From: a virus
Lineage: Duplodnaviria > Caudoviricetes
Length of the DNA: 53,894 nt
Strand: one strand, 5' to 3'
Virus record (IMG/VR): IMGVR_UViG_3300020392_000021
Span: 1-53,894 of that record
In this document: positions 1 to 9,818 of the stretch, in pieces
Layout of the letters: each line of letters starts with the position of its first letter
Numbering within the stretch: position 1 is the stretch's first letter
Position numbers and translations under genes: made by a program
Notes under the pieces: model-generated
The model's database searches: none
Told to the model about the DNA's origin: nothing
Seen by the model: only the letters and a program-made list of their open reading frames with translations

Positions 1-62
1 ACCTTCTTCCATATCGTGACCTTCTTCCATATCGTGACCTTCTTCCATATCGTGACCTTCTT
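1..62 (-). repeat. 18-bp tandem repeat encoding (MEEGHD)n in the scaffold protein
   Basis: accttcttccatatcgtg repeated three times from base 1. Confidence 0.9.
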
Positions 63-756
63 TCATGTCATCCATTTCATCTAGTTCTATTTCATACATT
101 ACTTCTTCGTCCATATGGTCATGTCCTTCTTCGTAACGTTTTCCACATCCTGCTTCCTCTTTCATACAATCTTTCTCTTCATCCATTTTGTCGTAAGATT
201 CTTCATAATGTTCGTCACCTTCTTTAATGTAATATTCTGCACCGGTTTCGTTATCTGTTAAGTGGATTCCGTCTGCGTCTTTAACAACCTCAACCTCGTC
301 TTCATCGCTCATTTTCTTAAATACTGCGATTACTTCTTCGTCTGATGCTCCAGTTAAATCTAATTCTTCTTCATCACCCATATCTAAATCTGAGGGTAAT
401 TCAGCAACATCTAATTCAACTTCATCATCATTATCTCCCGCTAAAGCGTCAAGATCAACATCTAAATCCATTAATTCTGACTCTTCTGAGTCTGCTTCTT
501 CAGCATCCCCTTCTGAATCGTCTCCAGCTTCTAACGCTGGCATTTCTTCCATTTCTTCATCGGACCCTTCCACATCGATATCTAGCTCTTCAGCTTCTTC
601 TTCATCTTGTTCTTTTAAAGATGACTCTACGATGTTCTCAATTTCTTGCTTCATATGATTGGCAAGCATTTCTTTCGTATTGGCTTTTAAGGCATCCTCT
701 AAAGACTTTGCTTCTAACAAAGCCTCTTCGATGATTGATTTTCTTTTTGTAGCCAT
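1..756 (-). CDS. Prohead core/scaffolding protein (T4 gp22-like position), 3' end outside window
   Basis: Not in ORF track (open at window edge). ATG at 756 reads MATKRKSIIEEALLEAKSLEDALKANTKEMLANHMKQEIENIVESSLKEQ, then very acidic; lies directly downstream of the prohead protease. Confidence 0.7.
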   Translation of the reverse strand, partial: MATKRKSIIEEALLEAKSLEDALKANTKEMLANHMKQEIENIVESSLKEQDEEEAEELDIDVEGSDEEMEEMPALEAGDDSEGDAEEADSEESELMDLDVDLDALAGDNDDEVELDVAELPSDLDMGDEEELDLTGASDEEVIAVFKKMSDEDEVEVVKDADGIHLTDNETGAEYYIKEGDEHYEESYDKMDEEKDCMKEEAGCGKRYEEGHDHMDEEVMYEIELDEMDDMKEGHDMEEGHDMEEGHDMEEG

Positions 757-799
757 TGTAAATTTTTATTTTTTTACATTTTGTTATTATAATAAAAAA

Positions 800-820
800 T
801 GCAGGCACTAAGTGCGCTGT
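800..820 (-). promoter_or_regulatory. GC stem-loop in 5' leader of scaffold gene (mRNA-stabilising hairpin or terminator)
   Basis: Minus strand CAGCGCAC-TTA-GTGCCTG followed by a T run, between the TATTTAT motif (828-834) and ATG 756. Confidence 0.45.
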
Positions 821-870
821 TTTTTTTATAAATATGCAAAAAATGATAAAAGTGTTACTTTATTGTGAAA

Positions 871-1560
871 TTAATCTGACAGAAAATTATTTAATCCATC
901 TACTAGTAAATTCTTATCTGTTTTTTTAGATTCAGACATTTGTTGTTCTTCTTTAGATGGTGACTCATTATATATCCAAGATCCTGGTGTTGATGGTGAG
1001 GTAACTACATCCCAACAGATTAATTCAAAATCATCTTGAACAACATTTTTTCCGTTTTCTTTCTTTAATGAACCTACACCTCTAGAAGATACACCAATCT
1101 TTAAACCCTTTCTTAAAAGGTTTGCAACTTGATCACCTTCACATGAAATAATACCTTGTGTTACAAAACCTGGAGACATAATAATTTCTAATTTACCCAT
1201 CATCACATTTCCTTCCCACCACAATTCTGTAACGTTATGTGAAATTCTACTTATTGCAACAATAGAAGATTCTGGGTGATCAGCCTCCCCCATAGCTCTT
1301 TTTTCATTTATTAATTTCATATAATTTTCACCTTCTTTCTTAAGAATGTTTTCAGGATAAACTCTACCATTCCTATTTTCAACACCATATTTTTGTAATA
1401 CTGCATAAACAACCAAAGGTTCTTCAATAATTTGTTGACCTTTAGTTAGTTTATTTATTTCGTTAATAAAGTGTCTATTATCTTTAGGTGAAATATAACC
1501 AGCATCATACTCGACTAGTATACCTTTTTTATTTAGGTTATTGTTTTTTAAAATTTCCAT
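871..1560 (-). CDS. Prohead maturation protease (T4 gp21-like)
   Basis: NRNGRVY, GEADHP (catalytic His), IGVSSRGVGS (catalytic Ser) and WDVVTSPS motifs; head-gene context. Confidence 0.93.
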   Translation of the reverse strand: MEILKNNNLNKKGILVEYDAGYISPKDNRHFINEINKLTKGQQIIEEPLVVYAVLQKYGVENRNGRVYPENILKKEGENYMKLINEKRAMGEADHPESSIVAISRISHNVTELWWEGNVMMGKLEIIMSPGFVTQGIISCEGDQVANLLRKGLKIGVSSRGVGSLKKENGKNVVQDDFELICWDVVTSPSTPGSWIYNESPSKEEQQMSESKKTDKNLLVDGLNNFLSD

Positions 1561-1607
1561 AATAAGAATATTATTTACTAATAAATATATCTTTATTATA
1601 AAAAACT

Positions 1608-2042
1608 TTATTTTTTAGTTTTAAAGAAAGTAAAATGTTCGTTTTTATTTAAACAGTCTTTTATAATATCTTCTATTATTTCTTTTGAAGAATTAACTAT
1701 ATCTGTATTGGTTATTGGAGTTTTTTCTTTTTGGAATAATGTTATTTCACAAGACATGAAACTTCTCTTTGTTGGTTTTATTCCTGATGATCTCATATCT
1801 AAGTCTACAATATACTTACCATTATGAAAAGCATCTATGTTATAACTATTAATTTTATGTTTAATTTTTGTTCTCAGTTTGTTAATTACATTATCGTAAT
1901 TTAAGTCTATATCGTACTTTTTTAATTGCCCCCAAGCAGTTAAATTTATATATATCGTTTTTGGGTTTTTATTATCTACTGTACCTAATTTAATCTTATA
2001 ATTTGGGTTTAAATCTAACTTTAATTCTTTTCCTCGTTTCAT
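1608..2042 (-). CDS. Hypothetical protein
   Basis: 144-aa ORF with host-type promoter at 2076-2107. Confidence 0.7.
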   Translation of the reverse strand: MKRGKELKLDLNPNYKIKLGTVDNKNPKTIYINLTAWGQLKKYDIDLNYDNVINKLRTKIKHKINSYNIDAFHNGKYIVDLDMRSSGIKPTKRSFMSCEITLFQKEKTPITNTDIVNSSKEIIEDIIKDCLNKNEHFTFFKTKK

Positions 2043-2075
2043 TCATAATTTCTTTATTTTAATGTTATTTATGTA

Positions 2076-2107
2076 TAAAGATAATCATTTTATGTATATA
2101 TGTCAAA
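2076..2107 (-). promoter_or_regulatory. Bacteroidota primary-sigma-like promoter
   Basis: TTTG-N20-TATCTTTA on minus strand (one mismatch to TAnnTTTG). Confidence 0.5.
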
Positions 2108-2120
2108 TTAACGCTATTGC

Positions 2121-2150
2121 AAAAAAAAACTCACAACTTAGTGTGAGTTT
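2121..2150 (-). terminator. Intrinsic terminator
   Basis: AAACTCACA / TGTGAGTTT stem with A-run (U-run on minus) downstream of 2174..2398. Confidence 0.7.
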
Positions 2151-2173
2151 ATATTTAGTTATTAATTATGTTG

Positions 2174-2398
2174 TTATTTTTTATTTAAGATATTCACTAA
2201 TACTACAACTGCTAGTAATCCAACAAATCCAGAGTTACCTAAAGATTCAATTAAATTAGTAACGTTACCTACTACGTCCATCCCAAATACTGCACCTCCG
2301 AAAAGTACTTGTACTAGAATACCGACACTTAAAAATGTCATTAATAGGTCAGTAATACCCGCGAAAAAACCTTTTACTTTGTTAAAAATTTCTTCCAT
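2174..2398 (-). CDS. Small membrane protein
   Basis: 74 aa, two to three hydrophobic Gly-rich segments, C-terminal KK. Confidence 0.75.
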   Translation of the reverse strand: MEEIFNKVKGFFAGITDLLMTFLSVGILVQVLFGGAVFGMDVVGNVTNLIESLGNSGFVGLLAVVVLVNILNKK

Positions 2399-2417
2399 AA
2401 TATAAATTTATTTTTTG

Positions 2418-3185
2418 TTATTCCTCAGTGGCCACTGAATTTTTAAGTTCATAAACACTATTTATGTCCTTAACATATTCATCTGGATTATAAGTCATTC
2501 TTAATAATTTATCTTTGACTTTAAGTAACTTATCTTTGATGTCCAGATCAACATTCTCATTTAGTTTTTTATCTATGATATCGATACATTCAGTTTTTAA
2601 GTTTTTATAAACTTCTTTTTTATCTTCATCACTCCCATTTAATATAGTTTTAATGATTTCTTTTTCCCCTTCAGTAATATCTTGATATTTTAAGTTAAAT
2701 CTGTTGGTTGCCATCTTAGTTAAAATACTTGGTGGTATATCTACTTTATCGAACTCTTCTTCCTCTACTATAACTTCTTTTAACATATTATTAGTTAAAA
2801 AATTCAAAGACTCTTGAATATTAATAATATTTTCTGGTGTCTTTTTAGTGTTTCTTAAGATATTAATATGTTCATATATTTCACTATTATCTTTTACTAT
2901 TTCATTACCCTCTAAAATAGACTCTAATTTTTTAATACCTTTAGTGGCATTGTTATTTTTTAATAAATTAATGTTTTCTTTAATAAAATATTTTGCGTCT
3001 GACTCATTGTCAAATCTAACAGAAGTTAAATTTTTAAATAATAAGTATTCATTTTTTAAATTACTGTCTTCTTTTAATAATTTTATAAATTTAGAAAATA
3101 TTTCTTTACCCTTTTTATTTTTGGTTAATAACGAATTAGATAATATGTTATTAAATGTATCTTTTATGTTTCCAAAGTTATTCAT
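2418..3185 (-). CDS. Hypothetical head-module protein
   Basis: 255-aa helical ORF just downstream of portal, with TATTTAT motif at 3200-3206. Confidence 0.75.
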   Translation of the reverse strand: MNNFGNIKDTFNNILSNSLLTKNKKGKEIFSKFIKLLKEDSNLKNEYLLFKNLTSVRFDNESDAKYFIKENINLLKNNNATKGIKKLESILEGNEIVKDNSEIYEHINILRNTKKTPENIINIQESLNFLTNNMLKEVIVEEEEFDKVDIPPSILTKMATNRFNLKYQDITEGEKEIIKTILNGSDEDKKEVYKNLKTECIDIIDKKLNENVDLDIKDKLLKVKDKLLRMTYNPDEYVKDINSVYELKNSVATEE

Positions 3186-3225
3186 AGTATTGTTTATTTA
3201 TAAATATTAGAATATAATAAAAAGT

Positions 3226-5184
3226 TTATTTTTCTTCTTCTTTTAAAATATTATCTATATCTGAAGACATTTTTTCTATCTTAGAGTTTATTGTGTTTAC
3301 TTCGTTATCCATACCTTCTACATTAAACACCCTTTCATCTGAATCAATACTTTCTATTAGTCTTTTTAAATATACGTTTTGATATTTTTTTGTTTTTTTA
3401 CTTAACTTTAATTTCTCTTGTTCTAATAGTAGGTTTTCTTTTTTACTTAAAGATTCCTCAGTAGGTGCAGCCTCTGTTTCTGTTTCACCTCCTGTATCAC
3501 CTCCTGTATCACCACCTGCGTCTGATCCCATATCACCAAAGCCACCTCCCATATCACCAAAACCTACACCTGTGTCGCCACCAGCAGCATCTCCACCTGC
3601 AGCATCTCCACCAGCAGCATCTCCACCAGCAGCATCTGCACCCAATGGATCACCATATAATGTATCAATTCTATCAAATATACCTGTTTTCTTAATTATA
3701 GTAGAAGTTTGTTCCATTTCTGCACCTGCAGCTTTTTCCATTCTTTGTTGTTCTAAATCAACTCTAATTTCTTCTTCAGACATTCCTAAAATATCTCTTT
3801 TCGCTCTAGTCATAGAATAAGCACCAAAACCATTACCTGCATCCGAAACTGCATCTTTATAAAGTGTTACTTTAAGTTGATTTTGTTCAATCTTTAACAT
3901 CTCCGCTTGTGTAGAAGGATTATTTAATGAAAGTGTGAAATTTTCTAAATCATCTTCTAACCCTAAAATATATAAATGTATTATTGCTAATTTATTTAAT
4001 TCTTGTATAATTGCTTGTTGTACTCTATTAATTGTTCTAGCAAATCTAATATCTTGTAATGCCAAATTTTTACCTTCACCATTAACTTCCTCAAAACCTA
4101 AAAATGGTTTAGGTACTCTTAAAGCGGTAAATAATTTTTTCTGTAAAAATTGTATATCTGCAATTTCAGATAAATTAGTTGCTCCAGGTAAAGTATCTAT
4201 TGGGCTAGGTGCATTAGGATCCCTAACAGGTACAAAATAATCTTGATCTTGTGCCATTTGATTGTATCTAGTGTCTATTTGTCCTGTTTGTTGATCAATT
4301 ACCGGACTTCTTTTAAAATTATCTGCAATCTTATTAACATATGCGGGAACATCTTTTTCATCAATATTACCAACGAAGATTTTAAAAATTCTTCTTTCGG
4401 GTGCTCTGGTAACTCTATATATTAACATTGCATCTTCAGAAAGTAATAATTGTTTCCATATCCTTCTAGCTTTTTCTAATATAGATGTACCATAAGGTAA
4501 TCTTCTATCATCACCTAATAATCTAAAATGTGCTACTTGCCAAGCATTAAACTCCATATCTTTTTGTCCCCACACAAATTTAACTGGATTAAATTTATCA
4601 TCTTTACTAGTGTTTGCATTTTCACCAAAACCGTCATTTTCTTTTCTACTAATTTCTATATTAGGTAATTGTTTTACACTTTGTATCCCATTTTCACTGT
4701 CTATCGATAGATATAAGAAATTATCTCCGTACTTACATGTATTTCTTACCCACATAGGTAAATTAGTATGGATATCTAATCTATTAAAAAATAGATCTTG
4801 TAATATCCTCCTTACCCTTTTACTTTCAGAAAATATATTTAATATTCTACCATCATTATTAGGTGTAGTAGACTCTTCCATAAAAATATCTAAAGCCGCC
4901 GCAATTTCGGGAAAAAATTCCATACCCTCGAAATCAGCATAAGAAGCTAATCTCGTAGTTTCGTAATAAATAGAATGTTGATATATTTCGTTATCAACCT
5001 TCTTCCATTGATTAGATAAATAAGCGTCTTGTTGTTTTTGTAATAACTCATAGTTATATTCTTCTTGTGATTTAGTTTTTAATAATTCTTTGTCATTTAA
5101 AGAATATCTAGATTTATTAGAAGTCTGTTTTCTTTCCGGACCAAATAAGTCACCTAATTGTTGAAATATTGTTTTTTTTGCCAT
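3226..5184 (-). CDS. Portal protein (T4 gp20-like)
   Basis: PYGTSILEKARRIWKQLLLSEDAMLIYRVTRAPERRIFKIFVGN, DYFVPVR, IDTLPGATNL and DIRFARTINRVQ motifs. Confidence 0.95.
   Translation of the reverse strand: MAKKTIFQQLGDLFGPERKQTSNKSRYSLNDKELLKTKSQEEYNYELLQKQQDAYLSNQWKKVDNEIYQHSIYYETTRLASYADFEGMEFFPEIAAALDIFMEESTTPNNDGRILNIFSESKRVRRILQDLFFNRLDIHTNLPMWVRNTCKYGDNFLYLSIDSENGIQSVKQLPNIEISRKENDGFGENANTSKDDKFNPVKFVWGQKDMEFNAWQVAHFRLLGDDRRLPYGTSILEKARRIWKQLLLSEDAMLIYRVTRAPERRIFKIFVGNIDEKDVPAYVNKIADNFKRSPVIDQQTGQIDTRYNQMAQDQDYFVPVRDPNAPSPIDTLPGATNLSEIADIQFLQKKLFTALRVPKPFLGFEEVNGEGKNLALQDIRFARTINRVQQAIIQELNKLAIIHLYILGLEDDLENFTLSLNNPSTQAEMLKIEQNQLKVTLYKDAVSDAGNGFGAYSMTRAKRDILGMSEEEIRVDLEQQRMEKAAGAEMEQTSTIIKKTGIFDRIDTLYGDPLGADAAGGDAAGGDAAGGDAAGGDTGVGFGDMGGGFGDMGSDAGGDTGGDTGGETETEAAPTEESLSKKENLLLEQEKLKLSKKTKKYQNVYLKRLIESIDSDERVFNVEGMDNEVNTINSKIEKMSSDIDNILKEEEK
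3575..3642 (-). repeat. 15-bp tandem repeat encoding (GGDAA)n in portal C-terminal tail
   Basis: ccaccagcagcatct-type units, about four copies. Confidence 0.85.
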
Positions 5185-5236
5185 TTTTATATATTATCTT
5201 TTACTATTATAATAAATATCTAGTAAAAACTAAATA

Positions 5237-7030
5237 TTACTTTATACCAAATAACCAATTATATTCACCATTATCAGTATTATTATGGTTTTGTTTAGGA
5301 TTATAAGTAGGGGTATTACTATAAAATGGGTTAGTATGAATAGGTTTAGGTGTAATTTTATTACTACTGTTACTAACAGTTGTCCAACTATCTAACATTG
5401 CTCTTGTTTGATTTTCTGCCTGTTTTAATTTTTTAAACGTTGTTTGAACTACAAATAATGGCATTGCCAATGCCATTATGATATCATCATGATATCCATC
5501 CATATGATCGGGCCTACCATTTCTATAAACAAAAGTTTTTAATTCTGATATTAACCTAACAGAACGAATTATTGTTTTATTTTCTCTTATGTGTTCTTCT
5601 AAATCACTAACCATTTGTAATCTACTACTACCAACATTAAAACCAGGTACTTTATCACCTTGTTTATATAATGTTTTAACGTATTTCTCACTTAATTTTC
5701 TACTTTTAGGATCATCATAATGTAAATGTTCATACCCCATCTCTAATAATTTCATTACAGTAGAAACTCCCATACCACCTGTAATATCTACTACAGTATA
5801 TGCATTATATAAGTTACCATATTTATAAACTATTTCTGCCAATAGATCTGGAGGTAATTTATACTTAAATTCTGCAACTTGTTCTAAGTTTTCAAAATCC
5901 AATATTACAATAGTAGAGCTATCTTTCCCATCTCCTCTAGAAACATCTACACCCATAATATATTTATGTCCGTCTTCAGGTTCTTTCCATATCCACATAG
6001 ATTTTTCCATCTCTGCCTTATATTTTGGTTCTTGTACATTATTTTTTTCTTGAAACTCTATGTATTCTTCATCTATTACATTACCTCCTGAAGAAACAAA
6101 GGATACGTCTAATTCCTGTGCTATTTGTTTTTTGTCCCCATTCATATCTCTACACATTTCTTCATACCACGGAGAAGAACCTTTCCACCCATCTTTTACC
6201 ATCACATTATAGTCACTTATATCAATACTATTAGTTTCATATGTTTTACCACTGTATTCCCATCTCAATGTTTCTCTACCTACCGTTTCACATTCAATAA
6301 CTTCGTCTTCACCTCTTAACCATTTTAAACCCCTATTATATCTAATATCTTCATGCCACCTCATTTCGATTATATTGAAGTTATTATCACCTTGTTTAGC
6401 ACCATCATAAGTTTTATAGTATAATGCATCTTGTCCGTTAGGTGTTGAAATTAAAGTTACTTTACCACCTGTACCTAACGAAGTTAGTGCAGCACCAAAT
6501 ACTTCTGCTCCTTTATCGATAAATGCCGCTTCATCCATAACTAAAAATGTTGGTGTATACCCCCTTAATGCATCTTTAGAAGTTGCTAACGCTTTTACTT
6601 CACATTGAGTGTCTTTAGTTTTAATATGTCCCTTAGATTCAATAGATAAATAAGATTCATCTTCGTCTATTCCCCATACCCATGATGGTATTTGATCTAG
6701 GAAATCTTTTATTTTTTTAAGGAACTCTTGTGCTAATGTTTGTTTATTCGCTAATACTAGTACTTTCCATGGATTATTAGGATCACCAAATGCAATCTTT
6801 GCTGCAATATATGCTGCAGTGGTAGTTGATACACCAGCCTGTCTAGGTTTAGTTACAATATTACGATTGTATTTTTCGTATGAACTAATTATTTCTTTTT
6901 GTTTATGAAATAGTTTAAAAGGAACGAACCCTTTTTGAGTTAAGTCATAAGTTTTAAGAAATGTTTCTATTGCATATATTGGATCACCTAAACACTTCGC
7001 ATATAATTTTAATTTTTCACCTCTATCCAT
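5237..7030 (-). CDS. Terminase large subunit (T4 gp17-like)
   Basis: KPRQAGVST (Walker A position), LVMDEAAF (Walker B), ISTPNG, nuclease MGVDVSRG and HDDIIMA motifs. Confidence 0.95.
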   Translation of the reverse strand: MDRGEKLKLYAKCLGDPIYAIETFLKTYDLTQKGFVPFKLFHKQKEIISSYEKYNRNIVTKPRQAGVSTTTAAYIAAKIAFGDPNNPWKVLVLANKQTLAQEFLKKIKDFLDQIPSWVWGIDEDESYLSIESKGHIKTKDTQCEVKALATSKDALRGYTPTFLVMDEAAFIDKGAEVFGAALTSLGTGGKVTLISTPNGQDALYYKTYDGAKQGDNNFNIIEMRWHEDIRYNRGLKWLRGEDEVIECETVGRETLRWEYSGKTYETNSIDISDYNVMVKDGWKGSSPWYEEMCRDMNGDKKQIAQELDVSFVSSGGNVIDEEYIEFQEKNNVQEPKYKAEMEKSMWIWKEPEDGHKYIMGVDVSRGDGKDSSTIVILDFENLEQVAEFKYKLPPDLLAEIVYKYGNLYNAYTVVDITGGMGVSTVMKLLEMGYEHLHYDDPKSRKLSEKYVKTLYKQGDKVPGFNVGSSRLQMVSDLEEHIRENKTIIRSVRLISELKTFVYRNGRPDHMDGYHDDIIMALAMPLFVVQTTFKKLKQAENQTRAMLDSWTTVSNSSNKITPKPIHTNPFYSNTPTYNPKQNHNNTDNGEYNWLFGIK

Positions 7031-7071
7031 AAGATAAGTTTATTAATAAATATCAAAATGTAAATAAATAG

Positions 7072-7917
7072 TTAAAATGCAACTAAATTACCGTTTTTCC
7101 ACGCTTCGTAATTGGGACCTAATTCGTAAGTGATTGTTCTACCATCCCTAACTTTTTTAATAATACCCGCATGTACTGCCGCTCTAAAAAATGTTGAGTG
7201 TTGTCCTGATGATCTACCTCTAGAATTTATATATCTTAAAAATCCTTCTTTAGTTTTCTTAGGTTTATCTTGAATGTAATTTATTAGTGACTGTATCATA
7301 CCATCCTTTTTCTCAAAAGTTAGTCCCGCAGTTTTATAGAATAACACTAGTCCGTGTCTTTCTGCAAAATTATTAATTTTATTCATAATTTCCCTTGGAT
7401 CAAAAAAAACACCTCCACCTCTTATTTTTTTATATAAAATTGATGCTAATTGTATTGCTTTTTTAGGTGGGTTATGTTCAAAAAAATAGTCTAATGCTGG
7501 ATCTACAGTATTTAATAACCTTTCTACAGTTTCATTTCCTGCAACTGAATCATCAAATAGATAAAGTATTTGCTTTAGTTCTATTGCCTTCTGTGGGGGT
7601 GAGATATTGGATATATATACGTCATCACTAAGTTTTTCTGCAATCGCATTCATATACCTTCTATAAGGTCTAGGATTAAAACCTAAGTAACCCGAATTTC
7701 GTACTCTATCTAACATTTTATAACCTAATAAGTGATATAACATCTCATCTTCTATAACTTCATCTACAGTAAACCCATATACATTTACTATTAAATCCCA
7801 AACATGTTCAAAATCATCACCTTCAATTTCTTTATAGACTTTATTCATAAAGTTAGTGCGGTTAGTATCTTCCGATACAAACTTACGATATTGTTCCTCT
7901 GTTAATTTAATTTTCAT
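7072..7917 (-). CDS. Leader-bearing hypothetical protein with C-terminal winged-helix-like segment
   Basis: Preferred start MKIKLTEEQYRKFVSE at 7917; C-terminus STFFRAAVHAGIIKKVRDGRTITYELG resembles a wHTH recognition helix plus wing. Confidence 0.7.
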   Translation of the reverse strand: MKIKLTEEQYRKFVSEDTNRTNFMNKVYKEIEGDDFEHVWDLIVNVYGFTVDEVIEDEMLYHLLGYKMLDRVRNSGYLGFNPRPYRRYMNAIAEKLSDDVYISNISPPQKAIELKQILYLFDDSVAGNETVERLLNTVDPALDYFFEHNPPKKAIQLASILYKKIRGGGVFFDPREIMNKINNFAERHGLVLFYKTAGLTFEKKDGMIQSLINYIQDKPKKTKEGFLRYINSRGRSSGQHSTFFRAAVHAGIIKKVRDGRTITYELGPNYEAWKNGNLVAF

Positions 7918-7921
7918 AGTA

Positions 7922-9166
7922 TTATGCACTCATTTCCAAATAATTATATAAACTTTCTTCAAACCACTCTTTCGCCTTTGTAGTATCAGGATAGTAGTAA
8001 TCTAAATCAGGCAAGGATAATTTTTCATATTCCTCATCTAACATCCTTGCAACCGCATCTAAAAAGTATGATTCTTGTTCCTCAACAAAAGCGGTTTCAA
8101 CATCAATATAATGTTCAATTACCCTATCTATTAATTCAGTAGGAATTGGTACTTCTAAATTATACTTATTAGTATTTTCACTCTTTTTATTTTCTACCCA
8201 ATCTGGTTTACCACCAAATAACTCAGTAATTTCTTCTATACCTCGATTTGTTATATCTGATTCTGTCACATCATTCATTGTCCTTTCGTAGGCACTTCTA
8301 ATATCTCTTTCTAAGTCAATCAGTTCACTATAATCTAATAAAAAATTTAAAACATCTTCTCCATCTACTTCATTATTTTTTATCTGTGTCCTTAATGTAT
8401 TTATAAAAGTTGGGTTAATGTCTAAGAAATCATCATCACCTACAACCTCTTCAGGCATACCCATTTCATATAACTCTTCTCCTCCATCCACACCAACCAT
8501 AATTTTGTCTGTATATGCAGGTATGGATTCTATTACACTATCCATTGCCTTTCCTGTCATATCTGAGACTATCTCATCTATTGGGGTATCGTAATAAGAA
8601 AAGAAATCACTATAATCTTCACTAAATGCCTCTTCCGCTAAATCTCTATTCTTAAATAATTCTGAGAACTCATCCCATCCATCAACAGATAATACCATAT
8701 TAGGGTATAATCCTTCGGTGTCGTTAAATGACATAGTATCATAATAATTAAGTTTTTCAGGATTACCATCTTTATCAGTTTTTCCTGTCTTAAAACTTTT
8801 ATTAAAAAAATCTAACTTTTTTAATATACCATATATGGTAGTCATATTTTTCCAACCCCTTACCTCATCTAACTGAAACTCACTAAATATATTACCTCCA
8901 TCTTCCTCATTCCATTTAGAATTAGGGTCTAATGTCCATTTTATGAAAAAATATAAAACAACTTCATAGTCTAATGCGACCATTTCTCCAAAGTAATCTA
9001 ATACCTGTGCAAGATTATCATATCTAAAACCGGTTCTATGTGGACTATTATCTTCATCCCTCCATAAAGAAAAAAACTCCCTATTAAACAGACGAAACAT
9101 CATGTTTTCTATTTTAGGGTTGTCCTCAGTACTTTCGTTAATTATATGTTGGAAGTTTAAATTCAT
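7922..9166 (-). CDS. Acidic hypothetical protein, paralogue of 33914..34792
   Basis: Leader MNLNFQHIINE-S; DLERDIRSAY and FEESLYNYL echo DLESAIGCAY and FNEYLYNRL. Confidence 0.75.
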   Translation of the reverse strand: MNLNFQHIINESTEDNPKIENMMFRLFNREFFSLWRDEDNSPHRTGFRYDNLAQVLDYFGEMVALDYEVVLYFFIKWTLDPNSKWNEEDGGNIFSEFQLDEVRGWKNMTTIYGILKKLDFFNKSFKTGKTDKDGNPEKLNYYDTMSFNDTEGLYPNMVLSVDGWDEFSELFKNRDLAEEAFSEDYSDFFSYYDTPIDEIVSDMTGKAMDSVIESIPAYTDKIMVGVDGGEELYEMGMPEEVVGDDDFLDINPTFINTLRTQIKNNEVDGEDVLNFLLDYSELIDLERDIRSAYERTMNDVTESDITNRGIEEITELFGGKPDWVENKKSENTNKYNLEVPIPTELIDRVIEHYIDVETAFVEEQESYFLDAVARMLDEEYEKLSLPDLDYYYPDTTKAKEWFEESLYNYLEMSA

Positions 9167-9423
9167 AGTTTTTTAATTCTTACTTTTAAATCTCCATCTC
9201 CTTTTATTACTCTATGATATACCTCTTTAGGTATAAATGTTCTTTCAGTTAAAGGTTTAGGTATTTCATTGTCTAATTGAATCATCCAGTTAGTGTCACC
9301 TATAGATTCTACAATTCTATCTTCTTTGTCTCTATGCCACACTAATTCACCACTATCAGTCTCATTAGAGAATGTTCTGATGTGATATCCATTATCTAAC
9401 TTTTCTTTAAATGGTAAACTCAT
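9163..9423 (-). CDS. Small cupin-like protein
   Basis: ELVWHRDKEDR ... FIPKEVYHRVIKG pattern typical of a cupin beta-barrel. Confidence 0.6.
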   Translation of the reverse strand: MSLPFKEKLDNGYHIRTFSNETDSGELVWHRDKEDRIVESIGDTNWMIQLDNEIPKPLTERTFIPKEVYHRVIKGDGDLKVRIKKL

Positions 9424-9806
9424 TACTTTGGGTAAGGATTAAAACTATTACCATACTTATCGTGAGTATTATAATAATCTTCTGTATCATCATATTTACC
9501 AAAATCATGATCTACTGAAGGAAACTCATCAGTACCTACTGCATTAGATTGTTTATTCATAAAGAAATCGAATACACTATCAATATTTGTTTTAGATTCA
9601 CTTATCTTATCGTCTGCCCAGTCGTGTCCATCCGCTAATGTGGAATCCACCCAATGAGGGTTAAAATTTTCTAACATCATATCAATCTGTCTTCTCATTT
9701 GTTTAAGGTTACTAAAGAACATATAGTTTTCAGTTTTCCTATCTTCCTTAATAGTTTTCTTAACTATCCTCAATAAATCTTTTTCTGTTAATTTTATCTT
9801 TTTCAT
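9423..9806 (-). CDS. Leader-bearing hypothetical protein
   Basis: MKKIKLTEKDLLRIVKKTIKE leader, then NYMFFSNL...GHDWADD. Confidence 0.75.
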   Translation of the reverse strand: MKKIKLTEKDLLRIVKKTIKEDRKTENYMFFSNLKQMRRQIDMMLENFNPHWVDSTLADGHDWADDKISESKTNIDSVFDFFMNKQSNAVGTDEFPSVDHDFGKYDDTEDYYNTHDKYGNSFNPYPK

Positions 9807-9818
9807 ATCTTTTTTTTT

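Noticed and set aside
1-62. Short tandem repeats (also 3575-3642, 17060-17165, 43930-43995) as a possible CRISPR array
   Set aside because: No spacers; unit lengths are multiples of 3 and encode low-complexity peptide repeats in frame
345-734. Plus-strand ORFs overlapping long minus-strand genes (e.g. 345, 3572, 16421, 40720, 41933) and minus ORFs inside clpC
   Set aside because: Antisense shadows of acidic or repetitive real genes; S/L/F-rich, with no promoters or motifs
5237-7030. Intein or intron in terminase or portal
   Set aside because: No C/S...HN splice motifs or homing endonuclease; lengths are ordinary apart from short inserts
828-7052. Canonical T4 late promoter TATAAATA on the plus strand
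   Set aside because: It points away from the minus-strand genes it precedes and flips at plus-strand genes, so the functional reading is TATTTAT
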